Shown here in pieces: positions 1-9,356 of a DNA stretch of 64,000 nucleotides; position 1 is the first letter of the stretch; the number at the start of each line of letters is the position of its first letter. Both the position numbers and the translations under genes were made by a program. Under the pieces are notes generated by a model, which ran no database searches, had not been told where the DNA came from, and saw only the letters and a program-made list of their open reading frames with translations. The stretch lies in sequence record DRR723986_646; one strand, given 5' to 3'.

Positions 1-162
1 CATCCAGTCAGCCGCTGTCGCCATGCCATTGGAAATCGGGTGAATACCCCCGCCGGCCACGTAAAAGTCCTTGGTCGAGCCTGCGCGAGCCCAGATGGCA
101 ATGCCGATATACAGGGCAAACGTGGCGCCAACCACGATATAAGTCAAGGTTTGCAGTTCCAT
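1..162 (-). CDS. Sodium:solute symporter family protein (ActP-like cation/acetate symporter), 5' part only; runs off the window edge
   Basis: Manual translation from ATG at 162: [54 protein letters not shown]. The FYVAG and [10 protein letters not shown] motifs are typical of SSS proteins. GGAG RBS upstream; directly downstream of DUF4212. Confidence 0.9.
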   Translation of the reverse strand, partial: MELQTLTYIVVGATFALYIGIAIWARAGSTKDFYVAGGGIHPISNGMATAADWM

Positions 163-172
163 CACAGGGCTC

Positions 173-442
173 CTATTCGTCTTCTTCTACACCGAACTCA
201 CGGTCCAGTGCCGCCATCTTCCTGGCGTAGTAGAAAATAAGGACGACAAATACATAGATCGAACCTTGCTGGGCAAACCAGAAGCCGAGCTTGTAGCCGC
301 CGATCTGGATCTGGTTGAGCAGGTCGACCAGCATAATGCCGCAGCCGAAACTGACGACGAACCAGATGACCAGCAACTTGATCATCAGTGAGAGGTTGCG
401 ACGCCAGTAGGCTTTCGCTTGCTCTTCAGATAAATGGGACAT
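173..442 (-). CDS. DUF4212 small membrane protein (putative solute:sodium symporter small subunit)
   Basis: [17 protein letters not shown] and [14 protein letters not shown] motifs; two TM helices; standard position upstream of an SSS gene. Confidence 0.9.
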   Translation of the reverse strand: MSHLSEEQAKAYWRRNLSLMIKLLVIWFVVSFGCGIMLVDLLNQIQIGGYKLGFWFAQQGSIYVFVVLIFYYARKMAALDREFGVEEDE

Positions 443-512
443 ATCACACCTCCAGCGGTGTTGTTATTGTGGCCGCGACCCAGACTCTAACAAGATCGCG
501 GAACACAGGCTG

Positions 513-528
513 TTGGACTTTGGTCGAG
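513..528. promoter_or_regulatory. Putative CrbR/ErdR binding box (GAC-N4-GTC)
   Basis: TTGGACTTTGGTCGAG, core GACTTTGGTC at 516-525, upstream of DUF4212-SSS; the same core occurs twice upstream of dcaP. Confidence 0.7.
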
Positions 529-535
529 TGCACCA

Positions 536-1873
536 TCAGAACGCATACTTGACGGCAAACTGCAGGCGACTAAGGTCACCCTCCCTACCATCCTCGAGTT
601 CCTTGGTGGCATAGAGCAACTCACCCCCTATCGACAGGTTGGGTGCGGGGAGATAGTTGAGATTGGCGTGGAAAGACTCGTAGCTCTTGGCCAGCAAATC
701 AGCATGGATGAAATCATCCACGCCCGGGTTGCTGGCGCTGGCGCTGGCCACTGAGAACGTGCTGCGCCACTGGGGGCTCCAGAAGTGACGGTAGGCAAGA
801 ACCGCGCCCCACTGGTCGATGGTATCGATCTTGCCGGCAGCATCAACATAGCCGTCATTGAAAGCATTGAGGCCCAGATAGCGGCCCAGGCCGTCACCGT
901 AGCTGAACATTAACCGCAGATCGTTGTCGCCAAGCATCCACTTACCGGACAGGCTAAGACCGTAGGCGTACTGCGAATCAGCGGCGCCACCGGCGTCCTT
1001 GTAATCAAGCTCCCTGCCGATACCGGCAATGGACCAGTTGAGTGATCCGGTCTTGCCGTTGTAGCGCGCCACGAGATCCGGCAGGCCATCGTGAAAATCA
1101 TCCACTGGGCTCGACAGGGAACCGCCGACGTCCCGGTTCAAACGGGTTGTGGCATTCTCTACCGCAAGCTGCAATCCCCCGCTGGTCCAGCGAATTTGTG
1201 GCTGGCGCTCGAAAATCGTGCCCACGGGACCGACGAAATCGATCAGGTCAGGCAGCGCACTCACATTGAAAAACGTCGACCAGCTCTGCCCGGCAAGCAG
1301 GGAGCTGTCCTTGTCGTAGTCCCACTTCACATAGGCGTGGCGCAGGCGAGAGTTCCAGGAGTTGGAAATGCGCTCGTCCCCGTCATTACCTGAGAGGATG
1401 AAGTCCAGCTCAATGTGCGTCGACAGTTTGCCGGCATCTGTATCGGTGTCGGTCTTGAAATAGAAACGGGAAGATTTGGCATGCAGGTTGGTGGACTTGT
1501 AGGAGCTGGAGCGCCCCGACGCGGGCTCCACCGGAATCAGCGAGCCGACCAGCAAGTCATCGATGATCGTGCTCGACGGCTTACCCTCACTGTAGTTGGA
1601 TGCCAGGGCATCCATCTGGACAAAGCCCCCGTACTGGAAGCGCGTGCCTTTCTTCGACGGCCTGACTTCCTCGATTTGCTGTTCGTTACTGCTGATCTGC
1701 ACTGTGTTACTGCTGATCACACTCTGGTTACCGACGACTTCCGCCTTGAGCGCCTCCAACTGGCGCTCCAGTTCGGCGATGCGATCTTCCAGCTCACCAG
1801 CCAGTGCCGGAAAACTTGCGGTTGTTGCTCCCAGTGCCAGCAATGCCGCTGCGATGGGTGTTCTATTAATCAT
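536..1873 (-). CDS. dcaP: DcaP family trimeric outer-membrane porin
   Basis: Signal peptide, N-terminal coiled coil (LEDRIAELERQLEALKAE), RLRHAY and LLAGQSWSTF motifs, C-terminal Phe (KYAF). Confidence 0.88.
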   Translation of the reverse strand: MINRTPIAAALLALGATTASFPALAGELEDRIAELERQLEALKAEVVGNQSVISSNTVQISSNEQQIEEVRPSKKGTRFQYGGFVQMDALASNYSEGKPSSTIIDDLLVGSLIPVEPASGRSSSYKSTNLHAKSSRFYFKTDTDTDAGKLSTHIELDFILSGNDGDERISNSWNSRLRHAYVKWDYDKDSSLLAGQSWSTFFNVSALPDLIDFVGPVGTIFERQPQIRWTSGGLQLAVENATTRLNRDVGGSLSSPVDDFHDGLPDLVARYNGKTGSLNWSIAGIGRELDYKDAGGAADSQYAYGLSLSGKWMLGDNDLRLMFSYGDGLGRYLGLNAFNDGYVDAAGKIDTIDQWGAVLAYRHFWSPQWRSTFSVASASASNPGVDDFIHADLLAKSYESFHANLNYLPAPNLSIGGELLYATKELEDGREGDLSRLQFAVKYAF

Positions 1874-1940
1874 GAGCTGCTCCTACCGTGGTTATTTTGT
1901 TGAGCAGGCCCTTTGTACGCTTACATGCGCTGGCATCCCA

Positions 1941-1984
1941 TTAGACTTTGGTCAAATTGGGACCCTGATTAGACCAAAGTCGAA
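1941..1984. promoter_or_regulatory. Two putative CrbR/ErdR binding boxes in inverted orientation
   Basis: TTAGACTTTGGTCAAA (1941-1956) and TTAGACCAAAGTCGAA (1969-1984); the cores are reverse complements; they lie in the dcaP/crbR divergent intergenic region. Confidence 0.75.
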
Positions 1985-2098
1985 TACGGCAGGCAGCGCT
2001 CAGCAGGCTTTCACCGCAGCCCGGGCATCGGGATGCCCCTTTACAGCGGCAGTCGTGGGGGCAACAATGAACAAATAACTATAATGTGAGCGAGAATC

Positions 2099-2779
2099 GT
2101 GATTACCCAGCTGCCCGGCTTGCTGATAGCAGATGACCATCCGCTGTACCGTACGGCGTTGACCCAGGTTATCTCCCAGCAGTTCCCGGACACCGTCGTA
2201 CACACGGCTGCCGATGTCGCGGGCTTACAGCTTTCGGTTGAGCGCAATCCGGATATCGCGCTACTCCTGCTCGACCTGCACATGCCCGGCGCAATTGGTT
2301 TCTCTGCCCTCTCCTGGCTGGTTGCCCATCATCCCGATAAACCGGTGATCATGGTTTCCGCCAATGCGCATCCCGACACCGTCCGCCGGGCTATCGACCA
2401 CGGCGCCGCAGGCTTCCTGTCCAAGTCGGCCGAGGCCGGCACCATGATCGACTGCATTGAACAGGTGCTGGCAGGAGCAAGGGGGCTGCACCCGGGACTG
2501 GAAATCGGTGCTGCCGGAGCCAGCCTGCAGGCACTGGATGTGGCAGACGGTCTCGCGAGCCTGACACCCCAGCAGTTTCGCGTCGCATCGATGCTGGTCG
2601 AGGGCTTGCTGAACAAGCAGATCGCCTACGAGCTGGAGGTCAAGGAGGCGACGATCAAGGCACACATGACAGAAATCTTTCGCAAACTCGGGGTGCATTC
2701 CCGAACCCAGGCGGTGCTGGCTATGGGCAGCCTGGCCGTGGACCCACCGGAGGCCCTGGCCAGCCCACCCCAGAACTGA
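2099..2779 (+). CDS. crbR: NarL/LuxR-family response regulator (CrbR/ErdR-like)
   Basis: REC domain (IADDHP, LLDLHMPG) plus LuxR HTH (LTPQQ..GLLNKQIAYEL..EATIKAH); convergent with a CrbS-like kinase. Confidence 0.85.
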   Translation: MITQLPGLLIADDHPLYRTALTQVISQQFPDTVVHTAADVAGLQLSVERNPDIALLLLDLHMPGAIGFSALSWLVAHHPDKPVIMVSANAHPDTVRRAIDHGAAGFLSKSAEAGTMIDCIEQVLAGARGLHPGLEIGAAGASLQALDVADGLASLTPQQFRVASMLVEGLLNKQIAYELEVKEATIKAHMTEIFRKLGVHSRTQAVLAMGSLAVDPPEALASPPQN

Positions 2780-5700
2780 CTAGCGGCTGTCGACCAGCGC
2801 AACCAGCAGGGCCCGCAGACGGGCCGGATTGACCGGTTTCGGCAGGAAGCGAAAACCCGCTTCCCGGGCGCGATCGCGGGTTGCCGTCGAGTCGTCTGCG
2901 CTCACCACCAGAACCGGGCATGGCACCTCGTCGGGGGCAAAATACTCCTGCACAACATCGATACCCGTGTCGCCCCCGTCCAGGTGACAGTCGATCAGCA
3001 GGATATCCGGCGGCATACCCGTCTGCAGAGCACGGCTGAATTCCTCCCGGTCGGCAACACCGGTCACCGTGCAATTCATTGAGCCCAAAAGCTGTACCAG
3101 CCCCTCCCGCACCAGGGGCTCGTTGTCCAGGCACAGCACCCGCAGGCCGGCCAGCTCCCCATGCTCGGCGGGCAGTGTTTCCTGCGCCACCGATACCGGT
3201 TTGCCATAGGGAATCTGGAGAGAAAACAGTGAGCCGCGACCCTGGGCTGACTGCAAGCGCAAGGGCAGGTCAAGCAACTGCGCATACCGTTGCACTATGG
3301 CCAGACCAAGGCCCAGGCCTTCCTCGCCCGCACTGTTGTGCCGATCCAGGCGCTCGAACTCCTCAAATATCCGGACCTGTTCGGATTCCGGAATCCCGGG
3401 CCCCGTATCCAGAACCTGGATTTCCAGACCCCCAGCGCGCCGCCTGGCGCCCAGCAGTACCCGGCCCTCCTGGGTGTACTTGATAGCGTTGGATAACAGG
3501 TTCTGCAAGACCCGACGAACCAGTGACGCATCCGAACAAATCCAGGCCGAGGAGTCGACACAGGCCAAACCCAGGCCTTTCTGCGCGGCCTGGGGAGAGA
3601 ATTCCTCCACCAGGGTCGCCAACATCTCCCCGGCGCTGAAATCCTGCAGGGAAGGTTCCTGCCGACCCGAATCCAGACGGGCAATCTCCCGCAGTTCAGC
3701 GATCAATTGCTCAGCCCGGGTCAGGGATGCGTCGATTCGGGTAACAGTCGTCTTCGCCTGATCCGCGTCGCTGCCTTCCAGCTCCGAGCTCAGGGCTGCC
3801 ACAAAGAGGCGCGCGGCATTGATCGGCTGCAGCAGATCGTGGCTGGTAGCCGACATGAAACGACTCTTGCTGCGATTGGCATCGCGCAGGCGAGCCTCTA
3901 CCTGGGCGCGAAGCCGGTTCTCCTGACGCAGCAGCGCGTTGGTTTCGCTCAAGGTCTGGGTACCGGATTCGACTTTGGCTTCCAGTTCCTGCTTGGCTTC
4001 CTCCAACTGGGTCACCACCTCACGGTAATCACTGATATCGATGTAGGTGGATACGAAACCGCCGTTGGGCATCGGGATACCGCGGATATCAAACACACTG
4101 CCATCGGGCATAACCCGCTCCAGCCGGTGAGGACTGCCCTCCCGCAGCCAGGTCAGGCGACGTTCCACCTCCTCGTCAATGGGCCGCCCACTGCTGCCGA
4201 GAATGCCGCGCTGGGCGTTGAACCGGTAAACCCGCTCGATCGGGCATCCCACGTAAAGGAAGCGCTCGGGGTAATCGAACATTTCCTCATAGCGCTTATT
4301 CCAGGCCACCAGGCGCAATTCCCGGTCGACCACCGAGACACCCTGGATCAGGCTCTCGACCGTGGTCTCCAGCAACTCCCGATTGAAGGTCTGTAGCTTA
4401 CTGGCCTCGCTGACCATGCCAGCCAGGTCGCTGTAGGCGAGCTGCTGCGACCGTTCCAGTTGCTCCATCACCGTATGGGCGGAGGTCGCGCCAATAATGC
4501 CGGCGAGCGCGGACTCAACCTGCTCGACCACAAATCGGGGTGCCCGGTCAGCCGGCAGCAGGCGTTGCTGGTAGGCATCCTCAAAATCGCGCCACATGCG
4601 GCTCAGCGGCTCGCTCTCGATGAAGGGGGGCAACAGGGCCTGCAACTGGCTGACCCGGACCAGGGTGAGATCAAAATCCCGGTTATCCGAACGCGCGAGA
4701 TCATCCGCCGGATCCATGAAAATGCGCGCCTGCCGAACATCTGCAGCGGATGGCCGCAGCAGCAACGACACCGAGACCAGCAACAGGCAATTGAGCCCGA
4801 GACTCCAGACCGTGGCATAGGCCAGGCGGCTTTGCGCCGGGATGCCCAGCAGCTTACCGGGGCTGAGCCAGGCAATGTCCAGCGGGCCAGCGGCCATCAG
4901 CCAGTGAACGGGATTAAGCACCGCAGGCAGAAGACTGCAGTAAAACCACAGCGCAAGGCCTGCGACAAGACCCAGAATCACCCCGACACCGTGCGCCCGG
5001 CGCCAGTACAGACCCGCGATAACCGCAGGTGCCAGCTGCGCTGCGGCCAGGAACGAGATGAAGCCGATCTCGGTCAGCCAGGAAATGCTCATCAGCTGGC
5101 GCGTTACCAGCCAGGCGGCGAGCAGGATTGCGGCGATGGTGAACTGACGCACCCGTCGCAGGTTGTCTCCCAGGCGCAGGATAGCGCCGGGGGAGTCGGC
5201 ACTCGCACGCATGATAAAGGGCGCGATCACCTCGTTGGTAATCATGATCGCGAGACTGACGGTGGCCACAATAACCATGCCCGTGGCCGCGGAAATGCCA
5301 CCGATAAATGCCGCTACCGTGACCCAGCTCGACTCCAGGGCGATCGGCAGAAGCTGGACATAGGTATCGGGATTCACCCCCGAGGTTGTGGCAAACATCC
5401 TGGAGCCCGCGAGACTGATTGGCACTACCAGTAACATGAACAGCAGCAGGTAGAGCGGGAATAGCCAGCGGGCGATACGGGTATCGGTGGATGCCTGGGC
5501 CTCAACCACCATCACGTGAAACTGGCGCGGCAGGCAGAGTATCGCCAGTGCGCTGATCAGGGTTTGCGCCAGGAAATCCGCCGACAGGTCCACTTGCCCC
5601 AGGGCCTCGCTTTCCCCGGCCGTCACATAGCCGCCGGACTCGCTGGTGAGGTAGACCAGGGCGATCCCCGCCACCGCGACAAAGGCCAGCAGCTTCACCA

Positions 5701-6316
5701 CGGACTCTACCGCGATTGCGGTCATCATCCCCTGGTGACGCTCTCGCCCATCCAGGCGGCGGGTGCCGAACAGGATCGTGAACACCGCCAGAATAATCGC
5801 GGCAAGCAAGGCCGTGTCACCGCCAATGGCCTCCACCTCCTCTACGCTGCCGCCCACGATCATCCAGGCCTGCGCCAGGGCCTTGAACTGGAGCGCGATG
5901 TAGGGCAACACGGCCGCTGTCGCCACCGCTGTCACGAGGACTGCAAGGGACTGCCGCTTGCCGAATCGGGCACCGATGTAATCCGCGATGGAGGTGACCC
6001 GATGGCGCGCGCCTACAGCCATAAGCCGGCGAACCAGCGGCCAGGCAAGCAGGAACAGCAATATGGGCCCGAGGTAGATGGGCGCATGACTCCAGGCCGA
6101 GGCCGTAGCGCTACCCACCGCGCCGTAAAACGTCCAGGAGCTGCAGTAGACCGCCAGGGTAAGCGCATAAATGAGGCCGCGCCAGGCAGGACTGCGCTCG
6201 CCTTCGCCGCGATCGGAGCTGCGATCCGCATACCAGGCTACCGCGAACAAAACGCAGACGTAGAGCAGTGCCAGGCTGAGCAGGTTGGAGGGAGACAGCA
6301 TTGTTGTTATCGCCAT
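2780..6316 (-). CDS. crbS: Hybrid sensor histidine kinase, SLC5-like transporter domain + PAS + HisKA/HATPase + REC (CrbS/MxtR-like)
   Basis: N-terminal SSS-like region (AVYCSSWTFYGAVG, PYIALQ, CLPRQFHV), PAS (LVAWNKRY), H-box SHDLLQP, N/G boxes (NLLSNAIKYT, DTGPGI, GLGLGLAIV), C-terminal REC. Confidence 0.9.
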   Translation of the reverse strand: MAITTMLSPSNLLSLALLYVCVLFAVAWYADRSSDRGEGERSPAWRGLIYALTLAVYCSSWTFYGAVGSATASAWSHAPIYLGPILLFLLAWPLVRRLMAVGARHRVTSIADYIGARFGKRQSLAVLVTAVATAAVLPYIALQFKALAQAWMIVGGSVEEVEAIGGDTALLAAIILAVFTILFGTRRLDGRERHQGMMTAIAVESVVKLLAFVAVAGIALVYLTSESGGYVTAGESEALGQVDLSADFLAQTLISALAILCLPRQFHVMVVEAQASTDTRIARWLFPLYLLLFMLLVVPISLAGSRMFATTSGVNPDTYVQLLPIALESSWVTVAAFIGGISAATGMVIVATVSLAIMITNEVIAPFIMRASADSPGAILRLGDNLRRVRQFTIAAILLAAWLVTRQLMSISWLTEIGFISFLAAAQLAPAVIAGLYWRRAHGVGVILGLVAGLALWFYCSLLPAVLNPVHWLMAAGPLDIAWLSPGKLLGIPAQSRLAYATVWSLGLNCLLLVSVSLLLRPSAADVRQARIFMDPADDLARSDNRDFDLTLVRVSQLQALLPPFIESEPLSRMWRDFEDAYQQRLLPADRAPRFVVEQVESALAGIIGATSAHTVMEQLERSQQLAYSDLAGMVSEASKLQTFNRELLETTVESLIQGVSVVDRELRLVAWNKRYEEMFDYPERFLYVGCPIERVYRFNAQRGILGSSGRPIDEEVERRLTWLREGSPHRLERVMPDGSVFDIRGIPMPNGGFVSTYIDISDYREVVTQLEEAKQELEAKVESGTQTLSETNALLRQENRLRAQVEARLRDANRSKSRFMSATSHDLLQPINAARLFVAALSSELEGSDADQAKTTVTRIDASLTRAEQLIAELREIARLDSGRQEPSLQDFSAGEMLATLVEEFSPQAAQKGLGLACVDSSAWICSDASLVRRVLQNLLSNAIKYTQEGRVLLGARRRAGGLEIQVLDTGPGIPESEQVRIFEEFERLDRHNSAGEEGLGLGLAIVQRYAQLLDLPLRLQSAQGRGSLFSLQIPYGKPVSVAQETLPAEHGELAGLRVLCLDNEPLVREGLVQLLGSMNCTVTGVADREEFSRALQTGMPPDILLIDCHLDGGDTGIDVVQEYFAPDEVPCPVLVVSADDSTATRDRAREAGFRFLPKPVNPARLRALLVALVDSR

Positions 6317-6444
6317 GTCGCTGACTGGTCTAGCCTATCATAGCTCGCCCGGCGTCCACCCTTAAGCGGCAGTGGCTTGAGATAACGGCACTTTCCTCTA
6401 ACATGGTGCCTGTTGCCATTCAGCCCCTGCGGGAGCCCGTCGTG

Positions 6445-7473
6445 ATGCCCAACCGTTATCCGGTGCTTTGCGCCCTACTCTGCCTGTTATTCGCAGCCGG
6501 CAGTGCGGCCAGTACCCGCAAGACAGATATCGTCACTCTCTACAACGGGGACAAGATCACCGGCGAGATTGTGTCGCTGTTCGCCGGCATACTGGAGTAC
6601 AAGACAGATGCCATGGGGACTCTCAGGATCGAATGGAAGGAGATCGCCAGGATTGAGAGCAACTACAACTATGAAATCCGCCTATCGGACGGCGAACGCC
6701 TGTACGGCTCGTTTCCCAAATCGGAACTTGCCGGGCAGGTCCTGGTAGAGGATCTCTATGGCGAGCAGGCGCGGGAGTCCCTGGCGGTGGTGGAACTGCG
6801 ACCGATTGAAGACAACTGGTACGACAGAATCGATGTCTACCTGTCTGCCGGTTACTCCTATACCAAGGCGAGTTCCGTCGCGCAGACCACCTTCAACACA
6901 GAAATATCCTACGAGGACGAGAAAACCCGTAGCGCACTCAACTCACGGGTCGTAAACACCGTCACCGATACCGGCGAATCCAATAGCAGCAAGGTGGACC
7001 TGTCACGTCGCGTCTGGACCGACCGGGCGAGGCTGTTCCGGCTGTTCTACGGCAACTACGAGCGCAATGACGAGCTCGGACTGGACAACCGGGTAGCTTT
7101 CGGCCTCGGCTGGGGACGTTACTGGATCGACACCAACAGGATGCGCTTCGCCGGCACCATGGGCATCCAGGGCACCACGGAGCAAAGCGTGGACGATTCC
7201 AACAGACGGGAAAGCGCCGAACTGTTTGTCTCAGCCGACTTTGCAACCTGGCAGTTTGACTCGCCAGAGATGGATATCACCATCACCAGCAACCTCTACC
7301 CCAGCCTGACCGAAGGGGGCCGGGTCCGGGCCGACACCGATATCCGGATTCGCTGGGAGCTGTTGCACGACCTGTTCTGGGATGTGACCGCCTTCGGCAC
7401 CTACGATAACGAGTCCGCCCAGGGCAGCGAATTCGACTACGGCATCACCACCGGCGTCGGCTGGAAATACTAG
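6445..7473 (+). CDS. DUF481 (YdiY-like) outer-membrane beta-barrel protein
   Basis: Signal peptide, DIVTLYNGDKITG N-domain, amphipathic beta strands ending GVGWKY; ATG 6445 chosen for the GGGAG RBS. Confidence 0.7.
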   Translation: MPNRYPVLCALLCLLFAAGSAASTRKTDIVTLYNGDKITGEIVSLFAGILEYKTDAMGTLRIEWKEIARIESNYNYEIRLSDGERLYGSFPKSELAGQVLVEDLYGEQARESLAVVELRPIEDNWYDRIDVYLSAGYSYTKASSVAQTTFNTEISYEDEKTRSALNSRVVNTVTDTGESNSSKVDLSRRVWTDRARLFRLFYGNYERNDELGLDNRVAFGLGWGRYWIDTNRMRFAGTMGIQGTTEQSVDDSNRRESAELFVSADFATWQFDSPEMDITITSNLYPSLTEGGRVRADTDIRIRWELLHDLFWDVTAFGTYDNESAQGSEFDYGITTGVGWKY

Positions 7474-9146
7474 GTACTCTGCTGGTAAACGTGAACATCC
7501 CGCTGTGGGAACGGTATCGAGATACCCTCACGGTCAAACCGCAGTTTGACCTCTCGGGTTATCTCCCAGTAAACCGACCAGTAATCCTCGGTCTTGACCC
7601 ACGGCCTGACGATCAGGTTCACCGAGGAGTCCGCGAGCTGGTGTACCTTAATCAGTGCCTCCGGCTTGGAGAGCGTTTTCTCGTGGCTGTCGACGATGTC
7701 ACGCAGCACACGCTCGGCGTGCTCGATATCGGCGTCGTAGCCAATCCCGAACTCCATATCGACCCGCCTGACATGCTGCGCCGTGACGTTCTTGATAACG
7801 TCGCCCCATATCTTGCTGTTGGGAATGACCAGGGTCTGGTTATCAAAGGTCACGATAGTGGTTGAAACCAGCGTCATCTTCTTCACCAGGCCTGCCGCGC
7901 CCGCCACCTCGACGTAGTCATTCACGTCATAGGGTCGGTAAATCAGGATCATGCCGCCCGCGGCAAAATTGCCCAGGGTATCCTGCAGCGCAAAACCGAC
8001 GATAAAGCCCGCAACACCGAGGCCGGCGAGCATTGGCCCGAGGGAAATACCGACCTGCGACAAGGCCACGAGAATACCGAACACCATCACGGTGCCACCG
8101 GAGGCGGATACCAGGATATCCTGCAGCAGTGCAGAAATGTCTGAGTGACTGCGTTCAATGGCCATTTTTACCAGCCGGCGAACAAAGCGCGCCAGAGCCC
8201 TGAAGGCCAGCACGATTAACAGGAAGACCAGGAGCTGGATCAGGAGATCCGGGGCATTCTTGGACAGCACACTTTTCAACCACGCGAAGGCCTCTTCAGA
8301 CATCTGCGCGAGCACACCGCGATCGAAGAGTCCGACTGACACCACGCTGCTTTCCCGCACCACGACGGTTCGATACATTGCAGTATCCAGTGCCAGACGA
8401 TCCATAAGCCCGACCAGCGAGCGCAGAACCTCGAGATAGAACTCATGGGACAGCCTTGACTGGTCTGCGGCAGCCTTCAAGTCGGTGTTGGTCCGATCCA
8501 GGGCCAGGCGACTGTCTATTTCTCGCAGCCCGGCGGCAACCAGTTCAAGCCTGGCAACGGTGCGCTCCGCATTGCGGCGCAACATCGTCCGCGCCTGGGT
8601 CTCGAGCTCATCGACAGCCAGCCCCAGTTCCCGGCGACTCTCGATCACCGAAACGATCGCGCCAAAGTAACGAATGCGCAGACTTCGCAGGCTGTGGGTA
8701 TAAGCCTGCTCCCTCACCTGGTCAGCTCCGCTAGCCGACCCGGCTCGCTGCTCACTGGCTGTTATGCGTTCATTGAGTTCATCAATGCGGACAAAAATTA
8801 CCTTGTCCACCCCCATCAGGCCGTCTCGCAGGCGCTGTTCCACAGCCAGGCGTGAGGCATTGTCCGACTCCAGCTTGCTCACCGTTCGCGACAGCTCATC
8901 CATAAGCGTGAGAGCGCGGATACCCAGCTCATCGCGCCGATACAGCAGGGACTCCGCGTCACCCGTGGCCGTGGATTCAAGGGCCGGAGTTAGTTCCTCG
9001 ATCAGCGCAATCAGCTGTTCTAGCTGCGCCACTTTCTTCTGGAACTGCTCCGGGTCAAGCTCGTCCTGGGCATGCGCCAGCGGGCTGAGCAAAAGTAGCA
9101 ACAGGAGGAGAACTCGGGAAACGATCAGGGAAAGACTCTTCGACAT
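7470..9146 (-). CDS. MscS-family mechanosensitive channel with large periplasmic N-terminal domain
   Basis: GVAGFIVGFALQDTLGNFAAG, IPNSKIW, LADSSVN and GISIPFPQRDVH motifs. Confidence 0.92.
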   Translation of the reverse strand: MSKSLSLIVSRVLLLLLLLLSPLAHAQDELDPEQFQKKVAQLEQLIALIEELTPALESTATGDAESLLYRRDELGIRALTLMDELSRTVSKLESDNASRLAVEQRLRDGLMGVDKVIFVRIDELNERITASEQRAGSASGADQVREQAYTHSLRSLRIRYFGAIVSVIESRRELGLAVDELETQARTMLRRNAERTVARLELVAAGLREIDSRLALDRTNTDLKAAADQSRLSHEFYLEVLRSLVGLMDRLALDTAMYRTVVVRESSVVSVGLFDRGVLAQMSEEAFAWLKSVLSKNAPDLLIQLLVFLLIVLAFRALARFVRRLVKMAIERSHSDISALLQDILVSASGGTVMVFGILVALSQVGISLGPMLAGLGVAGFIVGFALQDTLGNFAAGGMILIYRPYDVNDYVEVAGAAGLVKKMTLVSTTIVTFDNQTLVIPNSKIWGDVIKNVTAQHVRRVDMEFGIGYDADIEHAERVLRDIVDSHEKTLSKPEALIKVHQLADSSVNLIVRPWVKTEDYWSVYWEITREVKLRFDREGISIPFPQRDVHVYQQST

Positions 9147-9356
9147 TCACTCAGGCTCAATTGCCCGATATCGAGCTCGGCGTGCATCAACATTACCGGG
9201 CCCCGCCATACCGGGACTGCTTGGATAGTGGAATTTCAGGGTAGCTCCCGGTGACCCTGAACTGCAACGGTGTAATGACGCGCGGGCTTCGGCTACACTG
9301 GCGCGAATAACAACACGCAGTCTCCCGCTGCCCCGATCAACCAGGAGCCCCTCCCC

